This document shows positions 62,549 to 64,000 of a stretch of 64,000 bases of DNA, in pieces. The notes below the pieces were generated by a model. That model was not told the DNA's origin. It saw only the letters and a list, made by a program, of their open reading frames with translations, and ran no database searches. Each line of letters starts with the position of its first letter. Within the stretch, counting starts at the first letter, position 1. The position numbers and the translations under genes were made by a program. The stretch comes from Mobula hypostoma (lineage: Eukaryota): contig NC_086097.1 of NCBI RefSeq assembly GCF_963921235.1, positions 104,038,001 to 104,102,000 on the forward strand, written 5' to 3'.

Positions 62549-62749
62549 GATGTTGTTGAAGAAAGTGCAAAAATGGGTCTATCTATCAACTGCAAAAAGA
62601 TAGAATGTATGATGATATCCAAAAAGGACAATCCTAATCTGCAGGCTGAGAATCTGAAAATACGGCTTTGAAAGGTCCTCCAAGTAATCTTAAGAGAACG
62701 GTTACTTGGGAGAAGCACTAATTGCAGGCTTTGTATGAAAACATCGAAG

Positions 62750-63750
62750 AAAACCGTAAGTAAGCCTTTTCACCTCAAACCCACGTCTCTCGACCTCACC
62801 TGTCCAAATCCTTCGTCCGCGAACCGGAAGAGTTCATGCGCATGCGCAGTAGAGGCGGCGCAGGCGGTCAGGCGAATTTCCCAACGTGGTGACCTCACCA
62901 GCCGCCAGAGTGCGTGCGTGTGGGCGCGCGATATTGGGTTTGACAGACGCTGCCACTTCTCCAGTAAGCAACAGCTATGGCGACGACGCTTTTGTCCGGT
63001 AGACCAACCGCAACACGACAGAGACAGGAGGCGGGATGCATCGGGTTGGTTTTCGCCCCGCCCTCTTCCACCTCTCCCTTCTCATCCCCTCCCCCGGCAC
63101 ACCAACGGAGAGGGCGCTTGGTGCGCACGGGCAGGTGAGGCAGGGCTGCGTGTTGGAGCCGCTGACTCAGCCACGTCTTTGGGGCTGAATTAGATTTCAA
63201 TTAGTTTCGTATTCCCGTTCCGCTGGTGACGGTGGGTTACCGCGCTGAGAAGTGCCCAGTCGGTCGGGCGGCCGGTCACTGAGGTAAGGTGTTCGCTCGG
63301 CGCCCCTGCACCCTCTCCCCACCCTTGTTTATTCAACGGCCGAGGCGCGGTCTGGAGGTCCGGGAGCGCGCCCGAAGCCCGGCGGCGCGTCGCCGATTGC
63401 ACTGGTCCTGCCCCCATTTAAAGTTGGTGGAGGTCGATGCCTCGCACCTGCCCTTGTCGGGTTACCCTTTGCCCCGGGTCTGTGGACTGTGGGACCGACC
63501 CTGCCGCCGCTAACTGGGCGCTCGTTCGACTACTCTTCCTGCTGTGTAATGGATGCTCGGGGGCTGCTCCAGGTCCTGGTCTCCCTGCCAGCCCAAAGCA
63601 GTTGGGTTGGTGGATACCTGAAAACACGCTTGCAGTAGTGATTCACTCGACAGTCATCGGGCGTTTCGTGCCTCACATTGATATCCTTCAGTAATTAAGC
63701 AGTCGATAAACCTTGCACAGGCTGTGACTAGTCGCAGGTATCGGTGTTTC
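62750..63750. promoter_or_regulatory. CpG-island promoter (gene unidentified, possibly bidirectional)
   Basis: Abrupt CpG enrichment in non-repeat sequence. Perfect NRF1 palindrome TGCGCATGCGCA at 62837-62848, ETS site CCGGAAG at 62824-62830, and strong splice donors on both strands. Confidence 0.8.
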
Positions 63751-63894
63751 GGGCCCAGCTATTCACCACATTCATCACTTGAAGCGACGCAATGCATAAT
63801 TCTTAAGTTTACTCCTGACAGCTAAACAAGTGGGAATAATGACAGGATGGAGAGTGTAAAGGGGTTTCAGGAAGATTTAGGGTAAATGTAGAGC

Positions 63895-64000
63895 CAAGAA
63901 ACTGCAGATGTTGGAATCTAGAACAAAAAGAAATCTGCTGGAGAAACTTGGTGCATCCAGTTGCATGGGTGGAGAGAGAAAGAAATCGCTGACTTTTTGG
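63895..64000 (-). mobile_element. Degenerate Penelope-like terminal fragment
   Basis: CTGCAGATGTTGGAATCT…TCTGCTGGAGAAACT resembles the 60555 fragment. Confidence 0.5.

Larger units (their letters stand above)
60695..62650 (-). mobile_element. RTE-clade LINE insertion with an inverted 5' segment
   Basis: The 3' part is on minus at 60695-61242 (DIKRRI…LYGSECWT…GKIEGKKARGRQ, (GAT)n tail). The RT part is on plus at ~61250-62650 (RTISLMSH…QCGF…GVRQGC..SP.LFN…RYADDTVL). TSD AATCTGAAAAT is at 60684-60694 and 62651-62661. Confidence 0.9.

Noticed and set aside
62735..63694. ORFs within the CpG island
   Set aside because: No recognisable domain; open frames are expected in GC-rich DNA.

Overview
Eukaryotic vertebrate DNA. 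The CR1, Rex-Babar, RTE and Penelope repeat types suggest a cartilaginous fish (ray or shark); this is an inference. I recognise no intact host protein-coding gene. About 40 kb is one G-rich 30-bp tandem repeat (consensus GTGGCAGGGTGTAGGGGAAGTGTAAACGTT): a main array at ~5194-41483 with a 200-N gap, and a reverse-complement block at ~44165-47507. The giant ORFs in the track are artefacts of this repeat. The flanks are nested retroelement debris (CR1, Rex-Babar, RTE, an RNase H-bearing Nimb/I LINE, a solo LTR, a hAT MITE, Penelope ends), and a CpG-island promoter lies at ~62.75-63.75 kb. Three observations stand out. (1) A 466-bp TSD-flanked non-coding retroelement (2391-2856, minus) whose 5' end folds into a complete HDV-like ribozyme starting at its first base. 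(2) A ~6-kb inversion (41483-47507), supported by a CR1 ORF1, a Rex 3' end and the satellite register all rejoining across it. (3) An RTE LINE insertion with twin-priming 5'-inversion geometry and an 11-bp TSD. All family names come from motif recognition; no database searches were run.
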